NCBI GenBank assembly: GCA_000002445.1
Contig: CH464491.1
Coordinates: 1,696,001-1,760,000, forward strand
Length of the DNA: 64,000 nucleotides
Origin: Trypanosoma brucei
Lineage: Eukaryota
Direction of reading: 5' to 3'
Made by a program: the position numbers and the translations under genes. The stretch's first letter is position 1; the number at the start of each line of letters is the position of its first letter. Positions 22,102-35,998 of this stretch are shown here, piece after piece. The notes beneath the pieces were generated by a model. It was not told the DNA's origin. It saw nothing but the letters and a program-made list of their open reading frames with translations, and did not search any database.

Positions 22102-22862
22102 CCCTCAAGCAGTGAGAAAGGAGGGGGGAAATAATCATCTTAAAGCTTCTCAATGTAAACGAAAAGGAGAACTGTAAATCAAAAAAAGGTATGGAAACGA
22201 CTGATCACACCATCAGTACGCACAAGCAGATGGCAATCCCTTCCCTCGACCTCAGTTACGCTTTGGGCGGACTGTCTTTCGGTGGAAGTGCATCTTCGAT
22301 GAGCGCTCCTTGCGAGCAGCACACACCTTCTTCATGCGAGTGATGGTACATGCCATCTTGCGCGCGCGACGGTATGCCATCTTAGCAAGGTCGGGGCGGA
22401 TGTCGGCAACAGCTCTCTTCACCACTGATGACTTCACGCCAGGTTCCATCACAGTCTTCTTATACATCAACTTGGGCTTGTTGTTTGTATCACCGCTCTT
22501 TGTTGTCAGGAGGATGCGATCACCCTTCGTCTTTATCACTGCGGCCTTCGTGTTCAGGAAACCAGACTGTCGCTTTGTCCAATTCGCGTTGTTATTGAAC
22601 GGATCACTGCTCAATCGAATGCCATTCCGCTTCTGCAGAAATTTACTGTTCTGGCGAACCAACAGCCACTGAAGATCAGTGGAGTGCGTCATTTGTTTCT
22701 CACACCCTACAGTACAGGCAACAGTAGAAACAGGAACAGAAGGATGAATAAGGAAAATATATGAGAGAGCGCTGAACAATGGGCTCCACTTGGTGAGGAG
22801 AGCAGTTAAGGGTGCGACAGACGGAGGAAAACTAAAACTCTCCCACCCAGATATTCGGAAGG
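22102..22862. repeat. Copy 1 of a 761-bp direct repeat unit that carries the RPL28 gene plus its flanks; the second copy lies 1567 bp further along.
   Basis: 22102-22862 matches 23669-24429 with only a handful of differences. The ones I located are gggggg/ggggg and aat/aag at 22124-22135, a synonymous tat/tac Tyr codon, and t/c at 22716, which is outside the CDS. Confidence 0.9.
22252..22692 (-). CDS. RPL28: 60S ribosomal protein L28 (eL28), copy 1, 146 aa.
   Basis: The product MTHSTDLQWLLVRQNSKFLQKRNGIRLSSDPFNNNANWTKRQSGFLN... is a full-length eL28 match. The ORF-track start at 22932 is a TTG; the real ATG is at 22692. Confidence 0.85.
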   Translation of the reverse strand: MTHSTDLQWLLVRQNSKFLQKRNGIRLSSDPFNNNANWTKRQSGFLNTKAAVIKTKGDRILLTTKSGDTNNKPKLMYKKTVMEPGVKSSVVKRAVADIRPDLAKMAYRRARKMACTITRMKKVCAARKERSSKMHFHRKTVRPKRN

Positions 22863-23076
22863 TGCCATCATTACGTAGCACCCATTCCGTGGCAACATTA
22901 GTGTATGTCCCAACCTCACGACTCCCATACAAACACCAAAAGGGGTTATATATCTTTTTTATCTTAAATTTTATTTATTTATTTTTTTTACGATGCGGTC
23001 GAAAGGTTATTCCTCTTATCAACAAATAGCATAAGGGAAAACCAGTTGCAAAAAAAATCTGAGAAAAGTAGGGGGA

Positions 23077-23514
23077 CTAAGCAATACCCACGGAAACACC
23101 AGGAACCACAAACCTCTGGCGCCGGAGCAATACCATCTCTGCCTCGTGGAGTCGGTTGACCATTTCCATTGTGTCATTCCAACTACCGGCGCATACCCCT
23201 TCACTACCTTGCTGAGCATCCACGCAGAAGCGGTACAAAAGATCCGTTACGAGTGTTGAGAGTGAGACACGTTGAAGTGACGAGCCCCAAAATTTAGCAG
23301 CTATCCATATAGACGCCAGCTGCCTTTCAGCAACTGTACGCCGTTCCACCTCTGAGGACCACAAATCGATCACCGCAGCCGGCTTTGGGGGGCATTCAGT
23401 ACCCTCAACTCCAGCTATAAGAAGACGAGACGAATTTATAATTTTTTCCTGCAGTCGCGACCCTTCGTGGACGCCTAGCAGCTTGAAAAGTGCATCATGA
23501 AGTACGGGTGTCAT
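23077..23514 (-). CDS. Hypothetical protein of about 145 aa in the unique spacer between the two RPL28 copies.
   Basis: The ORF track starts at a GTG at 23526; the first ATG is at 23514 (MTPVLHDALFKLLG...). The sequence is non-repetitive and of normal composition, but I recognise no domain. It is on the same strand as its neighbours and leaves roughly 300-400 bp to each L28 copy. Confidence 0.35.
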   Translation of the reverse strand: MTPVLHDALFKLLGVHEGSRLQEKIINSSRLLIAGVEGTECPPKPAAVIDLWSSEVERRTVAERQLASIWIAAKFWGSSLQRVSLSTLVTDLLYRFCVDAQQGSEGVCAGSWNDTMEMVNRLHEAEMVLLRRQRFVVPGVSVGIA

Positions 23515-23668
23515 ATGGTGGCACACCTCAAACCACGCAATTGACTACACCTCAAAGCTAAAAAAGACTTAACTAACAAATAATTTCTCAAGAGCGAAGA
23601 AGGGGGGAAACGCGAACACTTGCTAATGTGAAAGAACATTCTCAGGTAACAAGTTTAAAAAATATGCC

Positions 23669-24429
23669 CACTCAAGCAGTGAGAAAGGAGGGGGAAAAGA
23701 ATCATCTTAAAGCTTCTCAATGTAAACGAAAAGGAGAACTGTAAATCAAAAAAAGGTATGGAAACGACTGATCACACCATCAGTACGCACAAGCAGATGG
23801 CAATCCCTTCCCTCGACCTCAGTTACGCTTTGGGCGGACTGTCTTTCGGTGGAAGTGCATCTTCGATGAGCGCTCCTTGCGAGCAGCACACACCTTCTTC
23901 ATGCGAGTGATGGTACATGCCATCTTGCGCGCGCGACGGTATGCCATCTTAGCAAGGTCGGGGCGGATGTCGGCAACAGCTCTCTTCACCACTGATGACT
24001 TCACGCCAGGTTCCATCACAGTCTTCTTGTACATCAACTTGGGCTTGTTGTTTGTATCACCGCTCTTTGTTGTCAGGAGGATGCGATCACCCTTCGTCTT
24101 TATCACTGCGGCCTTCGTGTTCAGGAAACCAGACTGTCGCTTTGTCCAATTCGCGTTGTTATTGAACGGATCACTGCTCAATCGAATGCCATTCCGCTTC
24201 TGCAGAAATTTACTGTTCTGGCGAACCAACAGCCACTGAAGATCAGTGGAGTGCGTCATTTGTTTCTCACACCCTACAGCACAGGCAACAGTAGAAACAG
24301 GAACAGAAGGATGAATAAGGAAAATATATGAGAGAGCGCTGAACAATGGGCTCCACTTGGTGAGGAGAGCAGTTAAGGGTGCGACAGACGGAGGAAAACT
24401 AAAACTCTCCCACCCAGATATTCGGAAGG
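23669..24429. repeat. Copy 2 of the 761-bp RPL28-bearing direct repeat.
   Basis: Near-identical to 22102-22862. Confidence 0.9.
23819..24259 (-). CDS. RPL28: 60S ribosomal protein L28 (eL28), copy 2, 146 aa.
   Basis: Protein identical to copy 1. Real ATG at 24259 (cat at 24257-24259). Confidence 0.85.
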   Translation of the reverse strand: MTHSTDLQWLLVRQNSKFLQKRNGIRLSSDPFNNNANWTKRQSGFLNTKAAVIKTKGDRILLTTKSGDTNNKPKLMYKKTVMEPGVKSSVVKRAVADIRPDLAKMAYRRARKMACTITRMKKVCAARKERSSKMHFHRKTVRPKRN

Positions 24430-25929
24430 CACAACAAACGAAAAGAATGACGCTTTCCCTGCCCCCACCGGGAGGTCACAGAAACTGAACCAAAAGACAC
24501 TGTGGAGAGGAAAAAAAGGGGGGGCGACACCACATTTTCCTTCATGAATAATACGTTGGTCGCGTTTTCCTGAATCGGGCGCGAAAAGGCAATCACTTCA
24601 CCTATTTGATGCCTGTGCGCGCGCATCGGCGTATTATTCTGTGCTTCTTCTTTCTCTCTCGTGTCGGAGGTTACTGTTCCATTTAAATATATGCAACGCG
24701 GACCAGTAAAATGAAGTTTCAGGAAATGAGAAGGAAACCCACAAAAATCGAGCAGGCGACGGACACAAGAGAGGCGATGCCTCGAGACGAGCGTCAGTTC
24801 CTTTCAACATTTAAAAATTTTTTTAAAGGCTAGGTTTAAAAAAAAAAAGAACGATATAAGGTTCATTTCCATGAAACTGAATGGTACGACTCACCCACTA
24901 AATTTTTTTCTATATTCACCCTCCTAGACCGGTGGGGTTGCCCTCACAAAAAACGACCATGTCCAGTTTTCCCGGTTAGGTGCGACACAACTTCTCAGAC
25001 CTCGCAGGTCTCTGCTAAGTTCTTTTTGCTTAATGTTAATAAGTGGTTAAATGACTTCCTCCTACCTCTGTTTAACATCACTTCTGAATTTATTGTTCAC
25101 TCTCTCGTTCCCCCACCCCCACCCTTTCTTCCGATGGCGGAAGTTCTTTTTTTTATTTTAAAAACAAATAAAACGGTTGGTGCCCTCTTGGGGTTAAAAA
25201 AGCGACCGTAATCGATTAATAAAGGTAATATATAAGCAGCTGTACATACACAAACTCCTTGTCTTTGCGTCCTTACACTGTAATGAACACTACAGGGAAA
25301 AGACGTTAGGATGCGAGAAAGGAAAAGTGAAGAAGACCATGTATCTATTCACTTAAACCCAAAAAACACGCGCACACGGCGGACTTACATATGAATCTAA
25401 ATTATTGCCATACTTTCTTTCTCCCTTTTTAGGGGTTGATATCTCCCCACTAATCACAAAAGAAGGATTGCGCAGCTCCCACACTCACTCCTTTAAGTCT
25501 ACATCTGTGCAGTTAATCAGGACAACTTTGGTAAGAGGAAAATTGCAATAAAGGTAACAAGTTCTCTTATCCAACATGATGCTTAATTACACGCGCATCT
25601 CCTTCTGCTCACCTGACGCTCTTCGCATCGGGTTGCTCGGCTCCCCACTTCTTACACGATGTACTCGTCCCCCAGTTGGAGCCATACAACAAATAAATAT
25701 ATATGCATCAGGGTGCCCATTGCACAAAAGTAACAAGAGGTGCCTAAACAAAAAAAAAAGAATGAAAGAGACTTTCCAATATGTGGAGCTCCAATTCCCC
25801 TCTCTCTTGCACCAACAACCATGACAACAGATAAACTCAACCCCAGAAGGAGAGTTCCCATCGGCCTCGATAGTGTGGTGAAAGCATGACTAATACATGC
25901 CATATGGAGAGTCACGCTCACAATCGAAT

Positions 25930-27453
<1,524 letters not shown>

Positions 27454-27498
27454 TTAACGCTAAAACTGTTTGTGTCGCTCCCTCAACTGTATGTTTGT

Positions 27499-27520
27499 AT
27501 ATATATATATATATATATAG
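27499..27520. repeat. (TA)n microsatellite, about 11 units.
   Basis: Direct reading: atatatatatatatatatatat. Confidence 0.85.
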
Positions 27521-29003
27521 ACGTGCCTCGGATTTTATACACACGCACCCCCACACTGGCTATTTGTGCTGCGATAAATATAAGCGTTGATTTGTATTAA
27601 CCCTTTGCTTTTTTCTCTTTAGCTTCGTCCCGACCGCAATACCAAAACAGAGGAATAGGAAAACATTTTCCCATAATAAAAGTTGTGTGAAACAACAAAA
27701 GAGATTAGTAAAAATGCACAAGTAACGCCCACCCGCCCACCCCCAAAAGAAAAAAAAACATATATATAATAAAATAGGATGCCAATGTTCTTCTTTCAAC
27801 CTTCTTTTAAAGAAAAATAAAAAAAAGGAAGCAAAAAAGGAAGCGCCAATACCTTCACGAGTCCATCCATAAGACTGTGACGATGAATGAATGAATGGAA
27901 AAGAGGCTACTTCTCATTTCCACTCATACATACAGGCTTTCCTTTCAAGTCCTCCTTTATTTATCCACTCTAAGCAACCGTTCGCCACTTACAAGGGCAG
28001 TTGACCAAAGCGGAGAAACTTAAAAAAATGTGCATATATATAGTCACCTGCTCGCTGTGCCTCCCTGCGGCCACATAATTTTACAATTAAAAATCTTATC
28101 CCGATACAAAAAAAAAAAAACGTACCTACACTACCCGAAAAATGAAACCTCGATACTGACAAAAAAGCAAGGGTGAAATGGGGAAGGTAGGGCAAACAAA
28201 TATAGAAATTATATATATGTACATATGCATTTAAAAGGGTGAGCACAGGGGGGAAGAAATTAATAAAAGGATACCATCATACGCAACGAGCACGGCAATC
28301 ATATATGCCTCCATGACGCTACCAAAGAAAAGGCGATTATGACAACAGAAAGTAAGGGCGCACTGGTGCGACAGTTAATTGAAAGCAGACGAAACTCAGA
28401 AACCGAAACAAAAACAAAATACGTCGTGTTGTAAATGCGATGAGCGGATGCATGTGCAACGAAATAGTCACTTACTCAATCGTTCTTGGCGACAGCTACA
28501 CTCCGACTCTCTTCAAAAATGAAAAAAAAACATATATATATGCGCCCGTTTGCCCGCTGTTCTGCACAATAAACCTATTTGACATACAAAGGATGAAGCA
28601 GTTTTTTTTTAAAAAAAAAAAGCAAACCTCCGCGCACCGGCAGAACACAACCGAAGTACCGAATTGCGTGAGGGAAAGAGGTTAAAAAGAAAAAAAGCCA
28701 GACACCGCCGGAAACCGCTTCTAAATGTAACCACACGTCCCAAGAAGGAAGAAGGTAAAGTCACCACACACATACGCGCACAAGCTACCGCGTGGGAATA
28801 AAAATTGCAAAAACAACATGAAGCTTCACTTCAATCGAATCGTAGCAAGTATTCCCACCGCTTGGTCCATACTGGTATTTTCTCCCTCATCGTTCTACCC
28901 TTAATTTAACCCTTAAATAATACATATTTGTATATTACTTAAATGCCTTGATTTTGTGGTTTTCGTTGTTGCCAATTCAATTTAATGTTCCCGTCAACAC
29001 GCT

Positions 29004-30740
29004 CTAAAGTCGCTCTAGTTCCTTTGCCGCCGCCGCTGGCAGCACATTTCCCTGCCGTGGTTGCGACACTTGCCGCTTGCTCATGATGTACTCGTACGTT
29101 GTCATGTTGGCGCGGTTCAGCATGATATGGAAGCCTAACAAGTGTATCAAAGGGACACATGTTAGGAGGACAAGCGCACAGAACAGAAGAGGTCCGGCGC
29201 GAAAGTACACGGAATACGGCAGCAGACGGTTCCACCACTTCGCTAAAAACACAACAGCGGCTATCAGCCCTAGCACCATGCTACACAGAGCTGATGTAAC
29301 AAATGCTATGAATAACCGATAATTTTTCGAACCTATGCACATGTTAAGCCACTTGCAGTGGTGGTCAAACCCCTCAATGCATTTATTACACGCCTTGCAA
29401 TGTCGGGAATCGAGCAGCGTCCGTCGTTCACAAAACGAGCAGGGCTCACCCTCGTCATTTATATCCCCATTCTCTCTAAACGCAATGACCAACATCAGAC
29501 CAGATGTACACACAATGGAAGTGAGAACGAGCGTGCTGGACACAATTACCTCCCACAAACACTCCGAGCACCCCTCATCGCGGTACAACAGAACATAACC
29601 AGGAACCACTGAGCTCACAAAAAGGGCAGTGAAAGTTACTATCGTGCAAATCGCCATAATCTGCAGCGAATGCAGTGGCCACTGAAAAGCATGACGCCGT
29701 GGTTTATTGTATCGCCAGCTATCGGGGTTGGAGCGATCGACGCAGCACGAAGCGCATGGCGGGTGATTCCGAACTCTATCAGCAGGGGAATCGGAACAGA
29801 GACTATTAACGTCTCGTGACGCACGCAAAGCACCATCAGAAGGTGTCTGGTTGGGGTTTGACCATTGTGGGACCGCGATGCCATCGACACTGCACCCAGC
29901 GTGAGACTCACTACTACCATCACTGCTGTTGGTTGTGGTTTCTGAGTAACCACGATCACTGGTATTGATCTTTTGGGAAGAAAATGCACCATGCTGAGCA
30001 TTTAATTGGTTGTTCATAAAGGTGACCTCGCCATGATTTCGTCTATCCGACCCTCCAGGTGGTCGTACTACGCTATGTTGTTCACAGAAACTGGACACCG
30101 TGCTCCCTTTCATCCGGTCATTTGGCGGCCACGCAAGTTGAAGAGGACCCTCAATAGGTGGCAGCGGAGCTGGCACTACGGAGGCCATAGAGGACGGAAA
30201 GGTTCGTCCCGTATCCCTATCAGATCCCAACTCAGTGGCACGCGAGTGGTGTGAAGAAGGGGAGAGTCCACCTTTACGACCTCCCCGCGCCTTGTGGGAG
30301 GATATGCGATGATTTAAAGGGGAGAGGGCCGCTTCCTCCGCTGCACTATTTGCCTTCTCCGTCCCCCTTGCCAGCGGTGAATCGAGAGCACTGAGTTTCG
30401 TTGGGCCTTCGTTCTCGCCGGCGTCCCTCATGCGTGCAGTAATCTTCGCCCACGCATTTGCCTCGTCCTCTGCGGTACGCGATGCACAGGCCCCCTCCTG
30501 AGTGGTCTCAGGGTTCCTTGCGCCGCAAGTCGGCGAGCAACCTTCATCATATGATGACTCTTCTATGCACTGCCCCATCGCAGCGCCAGCACTATTACGG
30601 TTATTCCTGCTAACATCCCCCCGATGGCCACTTGAAGTTAAGGGGGGTCCCACCGTGTCAGCAGCACCGCTGACATCACTAGTGGATGATTGTGAACGGC
30701 GATGCCTCCGATTTCTCCGATGACCCTCCCGCGTTGGCAT
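29004..30740 (-). CDS. DHHC-type zinc-finger protein S-acyltransferase (palmitoyltransferase), 578 aa, with a long hydrophilic S/R/G-rich N-terminal region.
   Basis: Has the DHHC-CRD motif CSFCERRTLLDSRHCKACNKCIEGFDHHCKWLNMCIGSKNYRLF flanked by four predicted transmembrane segments. Real ATG at 30740. Confidence 0.85.
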   Translation of the reverse strand: MPTREGHRRNRRHRRSQSSTSDVSGAADTVGPPLTSSGHRGDVSRNNRNSAGAAMGQCIEESSYDEGCSPTCGARNPETTQEGACASRTAEDEANAWAKITARMRDAGENEGPTKLSALDSPLARGTEKANSAAEEAALSPLNHRISSHKARGGRKGGLSPSSHHSRATELGSDRDTGRTFPSSMASVVPAPLPPIEGPLQLAWPPNDRMKGSTVSSFCEQHSVVRPPGGSDRRNHGEVTFMNNQLNAQHGAFSSQKINTSDRGYSETTTNSSDGSSESHAGCSVDGIAVPQWSNPNQTPSDGALRASRDVNSLCSDSPADRVRNHPPCASCCVDRSNPDSWRYNKPRRHAFQWPLHSLQIMAICTIVTFTALFVSSVVPGYVLLYRDEGCSECLWEVIVSSTLVLTSIVCTSGLMLVIAFRENGDINDEGEPCSFCERRTLLDSRHCKACNKCIEGFDHHCKWLNMCIGSKNYRLFIAFVTSALCSMVLGLIAAVVFLAKWWNRLLPYSVYFRAGPLLFCALVLLTCVPLIHLLGFHIMLNRANMTTYEYIMSKRQVSQPRQGNVLPAAAAKELERL

Positions 30741-33719
30741 TACTGGACACGCAGGCTAACGCTCTTCTAAGCTGGTGGGCGTGCCAAACACACCCGATAA
30801 TAATAGTAATAATAATAGTGATGAACTTCGCGCCCCACCACAAGAACACGAAGACTGTTCCGCAAGACACAGAATGGCCGGTGGTGTAAACTCGAAAATC
30901 TATGGACAACCGCGTGTGGTTGAGCTCCGCAGTATGCGGTGATGTACTATCCGGCCCACTCACTCCTCCCAACCTCCTAATGTGTTACACAACCCTCGCG
31001 TCAGAAGCGTGTAGTCGAATCAGCGCTCGGGTCAAAAGGAGTTGATATTACTTCAGTGTGTGTGAGTACACTAAACCTATATACTCAACTCACCTAATTA
31101 TGAATGAACAAGTGCCAAACAAGAAGAAGAGAGGAGGGAAAATGGGTGGCATAAAGCAAATGAGCCCCGACTAGGCTACACGACGAGTGATATTGGTGAC
31201 TGGGAACGCATATTGAACAAAACGTTCACTCTGTTGTGAACACAAAAAATCAAACCCGTTGGTTGAGACGATAACTTGACACACACACACACATGTTACT
31301 TACCAACGCCGTTTTACAAGGCACTATACCGCACATCTTTGAAGGCACACGAATAGTTCCGAGTTTTGACACAAACCATACCAACGAAAGGGATTCAAAA
31401 CATTTAGAGATGGCAAACTATTGTCAAATAGTATTTGTTCAACTGCAGTCACACCATCCCTTGGATACAACGACGGGTTGCGACTCATGGAAGGAATTTC
31501 TCTCGACTGCGGCGCATCGTCACAGCAACGACATATTTCGTATACCTTTTATTCTGCTACCTGATACAAGGGAAATAAGAGGGAAAGAAAAGTGAAGAAA
31601 TCATAAAACGCGATGGAGGTGCACAAAATGTGGCAACAACAACTCATGTGACGTGCACGCTCGTCCACTATAGTTACCGGCAGCGTGTAGACATATTATA
31701 TACCACCTTCATTCATTGTATCTCCCAGCAGCTGTTAAAACTAGAGAGAGCAACAAAAACGTTTTAAATTTACCACAATCACGTTTCCTCTTTTTAATTT
31801 TTTTTATTTTCATTTTTTTTTTGATTTCTTCTCCCCCTCTTCTTTCACTCCTTTCCCGCTGTTCACCTCCATCGCTTCAGAAAAGTAAGTCCATTTTGAT
31901 AAAAGCGGCAGATGTGAGAAGATGTAGTGGAGGGGAGCAGAGGGAAAAAAAATGAAACGGCGGGCAATGAAAGGGGGGGGAAAGGAAAGAACAAGAATAA
32001 GAACAAAAAAAGAGAGGAAATGAAATGAAATGAAATTATTATGAAACGAAGGGATGCAGTAAAGAAGAAAGAGGTGACACACAGCAACTCAAATAAGCAA
32101 CCGAATTGAACTCAGCCGTCACCACCGGTACCGCTTCTGCTAGTCTTAATATATATAACTCCCTCTCTGTTCTTCTCTAACGCTACATTTTACCTTCTCC
32201 CTAATAACTAGCGGCCTTTGAACTAAATCCGTGCATCTGCCTTCATTCTCCACTTCACCTGCGGGTCCCATCATTGTTACATATCATAATGGCGCCAAAC
32301 CTAAAAACAAAGCGACATTTTATTCTTTTTTTTTTTTAGCCTCTTCTTTTCCCTTTCACCACCATCCTCATCTTCATTTTTCCTTTTTCGTTTCCTGCAA
32401 CAGACACATATAAGTGCCAACACAACAACCAGCAGATGAGCGGAAATACAGGGGAAAGATTGGTATGGGTGTGCAAGCACGGTCTTATTGTTATTTAACT
32501 TTCACTTATAATATTCTCCAAGGAGTATCGATGCGCAAAGCTCATAGCTCCATTACAACAATATACCGCATGTCCCACTCACTATTTACACCCAAATAAA
32601 TAAGTAGCCACACATATTTTGTTTTCTTCATTATCACTCTTTCTTCCGTCACGAAGCCATATCAATCTCTCTTTTCTCTCTTTTCATTTCTGGGACCTTT
32701 CATAACACTCAAGGAAGAGATGGTGGAGCCAACGAGAAAAGTATTTAAAAAAAACAAAAAAAAGGATGATCAAAATGCTATGGAAATGTCATGCGGTTCA
32801 CAACACCCCCCCCCCCATCATCCTGCACCAGCGCAAGCACGCGACAAGCGTACAAAACAATTCCTTTTTTAAAAAAAAAAGGAAAGACGGCTGTTTCTAT
32901 TAGTATACGCTCAAATATACATATTCCCTGCACCAGCGCTAAATAAATGTCGTCTTAGGGGAAAAGGAAGTGGTTCGAGGGAGAGAAGAGAAAAGCAAAC
33001 GCATCCCTTCCGTTACATGTTCAACTGATGCGAAAGAGAAAAATATCTTCCTCCAGCGCGATGGGCACCTCTTATTTCGTCTATATTTGTTCCTGCTTAC
33101 CCCTCGTTAGCTCCTCCTCCTCCTCCTTACCGCAACTCTCTCACACACACCAAAGGGGGAAAAAACACGAGAAGAAGAAAAAAAAAGAGGTCGGCAGGTC
33201 AACACTCTCCTTTCCTCTCCGCACACACACACACACACGCGCCACTGTTGTGTCACGGGGAAATCGAGAGCGTAAACCAAGTCACTGTAGAGACGTTTAT
33301 TCCAAATAAGTCACATTCACCTCCCACTTCTCAGTGCTTCATCCTTTTTTTTGTTTGTTTTAGCCTGTATTACCTTTCCTTCCTCTCCTGGAAACCTCCT
33401 ACCACAAGCACATCCCCCGCCTCCTCTTAACAATCAATGTACTTTCATTTAGCAATCTTTCTTTTTCTCTTGTTCCTTCTTTTCCTCACATTTTTCTTTC
33501 ATATTTCTTACTTTCCCCTCCCTCCATCCCTCTCCTCCCACCTCCGGATTGCTCTCATTCTTCAACCCGATGGCATTGGCAACGCTTCCATTTACCTTCC
33601 ATTTCATCTAAACACTCCTCTCTACCAAACACACAAATAATGCGACAGCGTTCACTAGTTTTGACGTTCAAACATCACCTATATTCCGCTTTCTGCCGCT
33701 TCATCTTCCTTACTTCCCC

Positions 33720-35165
33720 TCACGCAACCTTCCGCTTGATAAAGTTGTAGCCCAGATCTTCTCCTTCCTCACGTAAGATATCATAATACTGGTTAATCAT
33801 TGTAACGGAAAGCAAAACACCCGTGCCGCTACCAATAGCACCAAGGAAGTCAGCAAAAAGTGTAAGCGCACCAACACATAGGCCACCAAAGCTAGCGGCA
33901 ACGGGAATGTACTTCTCAAGTAAACGTGCCATATCCTCCTCACTCTCGCGCGCCTGCGCCAGCCACCGTCCCTCTGAAACGAGGCGCTTAGCCACATCAC
34001 GCGGTCCCGTGTGGCTGATGGCCACCCACAGTTTAGAGAAGGTGGCACATGAGAAGAGAATGAAGACAATATACAGCACAGCGTGGACGGGGTCGTTGAT
34101 CATGTCGTAAAAAGTAGAAGGAGCTGTAAGATAGTACGCAAGTCCGCCAACAGGGTACATTTGCCCGCTCTGGCTATAAGCCCGTGACTCCCAACGACCG
34201 AGAAGGTTGATGAGGAAGTTGAACTGACCGAAGCGGCGCGAAAGGATCTGCGAAAAGAAGTTGATGTTGGACACCACACTGGTCTGCAGAATGATGGGCA
34301 TATTACTTGTATAGAAGAGTTTGATGATGTACGGCTGGCGGTCGGCAGCAGCGTTTCGGGACTTCGTCATAAGAGGGACGCGGAAACCTTGGAGGAACAC
34401 CACCACAGCGAAGAGTAAAACAGTCGCAAACACGTTGGTCAGGTTTGGCAACTGAGGGCGGTAAAACGCTTCCTTGAGAGCGCGCACCTTGTCTGTGCGA
34501 GTGACCAATAAGTGAAAGAATGCAATGATAGCACCTTCAAATTCCGAACCGCGACCTGTGTTGATAGTGGAAGGGGAGAAGCACTTCCAAATAATGGTGT
34601 CACAGATGTTGGTAGCAATGAATAAAGACGTCCCTGCGCCAAGTCCCCAGCCATTCTGCAGCAACTCGTCAAGAAGAATGCAAACCATCGTGGCAAATGT
34701 CAGCTGAAGAACAATTAGTCCACACATGAAGACACCAATCTCCCGTACGTCACCGTACATGCCAGACGAAACATATGCAGTGGCCTCCACTATAGTGATG
34801 AAGAGGGCCACAATCTTCTGCACACCCTCATACACTGCACGTTCCCGCTTGTTGTTAATGTCGTAACTTATGATCCTCACGCCAACGAGTAATTCCATGA
34901 CCAATGAGGCGGTAACAATAGGTGAGATACCGAGCTCCATGAGTGTTCCCTTATTACTGGCCAGGACGACACGCATCCAATAAAATGGGTCACTTGCTTG
35001 GCCGGGACGGGCTCCAAACACGGGCACTTGGCAACAAACCAGGAATATGAACAATGCCACAAAAGTCCACATGATGCGCTCCCTAATGGGGACAACACGT
35101 AACGGAGTGGCCACCTCTGGCAGGAAGGCCAATATGGGACTCATCTTCATGAGGATGTCGGTCAT
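33720..35165 (-). CDS. SEC61: Sec61 alpha subunit of the ER protein translocon, 481 aa.
   Basis: Full-length match to Sec61alpha/SecY (…IMWTFVALFIFLVCCQVPVFGA…DPFYWMRVVLASNKGTLMELGISPIVTASLVMELL…) with 10 transmembrane helices. Confidence 0.92.
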   Translation of the reverse strand: MTDILMKMSPILAFLPEVATPLRVVPIRERIMWTFVALFIFLVCCQVPVFGARPGQASDPFYWMRVVLASNKGTLMELGISPIVTASLVMELLVGVRIISYDINNKRERAVYEGVQKIVALFITIVEATAYVSSGMYGDVREIGVFMCGLIVLQLTFATMVCILLDELLQNGWGLGAGTSLFIATNICDTIIWKCFSPSTINTGRGSEFEGAIIAFFHLLVTRTDKVRALKEAFYRPQLPNLTNVFATVLLFAVVVFLQGFRVPLMTKSRNAAADRQPYIIKLFYTSNMPIILQTSVVSNINFFSQILSRRFGQFNFLINLLGRWESRAYSQSGQMYPVGGLAYYLTAPSTFYDMINDPVHAVLYIVFILFSCATFSKLWVAISHTGPRDVAKRLVSEGRWLAQARESEEDMARLLEKYIPVAASFGGLCVGALTLFADFLGAIGSGTGVLLSVTMINQYYDILREEGEDLGYNFIKRKVA

Positions 35166-35954
35166 CTTCTATGCAATTACCACTGTCAGTTGTTTGCTTG
35201 ATGCTACGCTTTTTAATCTTATTATATATCCCCCTTTTCCAAGGAACAAAAGAAAAAGGATCAACCAAAGCAGTCCGGCTTCCCTTCCTTTTTCGGGGGT
35301 AGACCTTTTTAAAAAAAAAAATTATTTCGGGTTTTATTTCACTTCACAATAGCTTTCTTCCTATTCTGTGTAGGGGGGATTATTATTTATTTATTTTGAA
35401 AAGAAAGAAACAGCAACAAAAAAGGAAAATGCAGGCATTGGGGAAACGGAGTGGTGAGAGACAAACGCGCATGCACGCACAGAAATGCAAAAAAAAAAAA
35501 TGAACGCAGCCCAGTGAGTTAAGGGCCACAAAAAATTTTAAAGGAAACAAAACGACTGTAGTGGGGCATCCACATCCGTGCGGCAAATCATCAGAAAATA
35601 AGAAGATTCACCTTGTTATAGGACGGAGATCATCCGAAGGAAGTTTAAGGAATTGAATAGATAAATAAAAGGTAAGGGTAGAGAGAAAGGAAGTAGAAAA
35701 TGGAGTGAAATCATTGAGGGGGGAGCCGCACACAACATAATAATATGAAGACTTGGTGAGCAATGTAAGTAAGTTCATATTAATTGGGTTGACGCATGCA
35801 TGAAGTAAATAAATGAGATCAAAATATTCCTTTTACAACAACTCAAACTTACGTCACGCACATTACTCGGTACTCAAAACGGTGGGGACCTCTCAAAACC
35901 CGCGCACTGGGTGATTCCTCACTCCTCGAGATCGGTATATATATATAATTTAAA

Positions 35955-35998
35955 TATATTAAGTGTATTAAGTATATTAAATATATTAAATATATAGG
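35955..35998. repeat. Short AT-rich tandem repeat with a period of about 9 bp (tattaagtg / tattaaata units).
   Basis: Direct reading: tattaagtgtattaagtatattaaatatattaaatatata. Confidence 0.6.

Noticed and set aside
22693-22932. 80-codon N-terminal extension of RPL28 copy 1 (226-aa ORF).
   Set aside because: The start is TTG, and the extension is the translated 5' flank. eL28 begins at MTHSTDLQW (ATG at 22692), which is also the start of copy 2.
31810-32087. Minus-strand ORFs of 74-90 aa rich in F/L/S (FFFTASLRFIIISFHFISSLFLFLF...).
   Set aside because: Translation of a pyrimidine-rich spacer; not coding.
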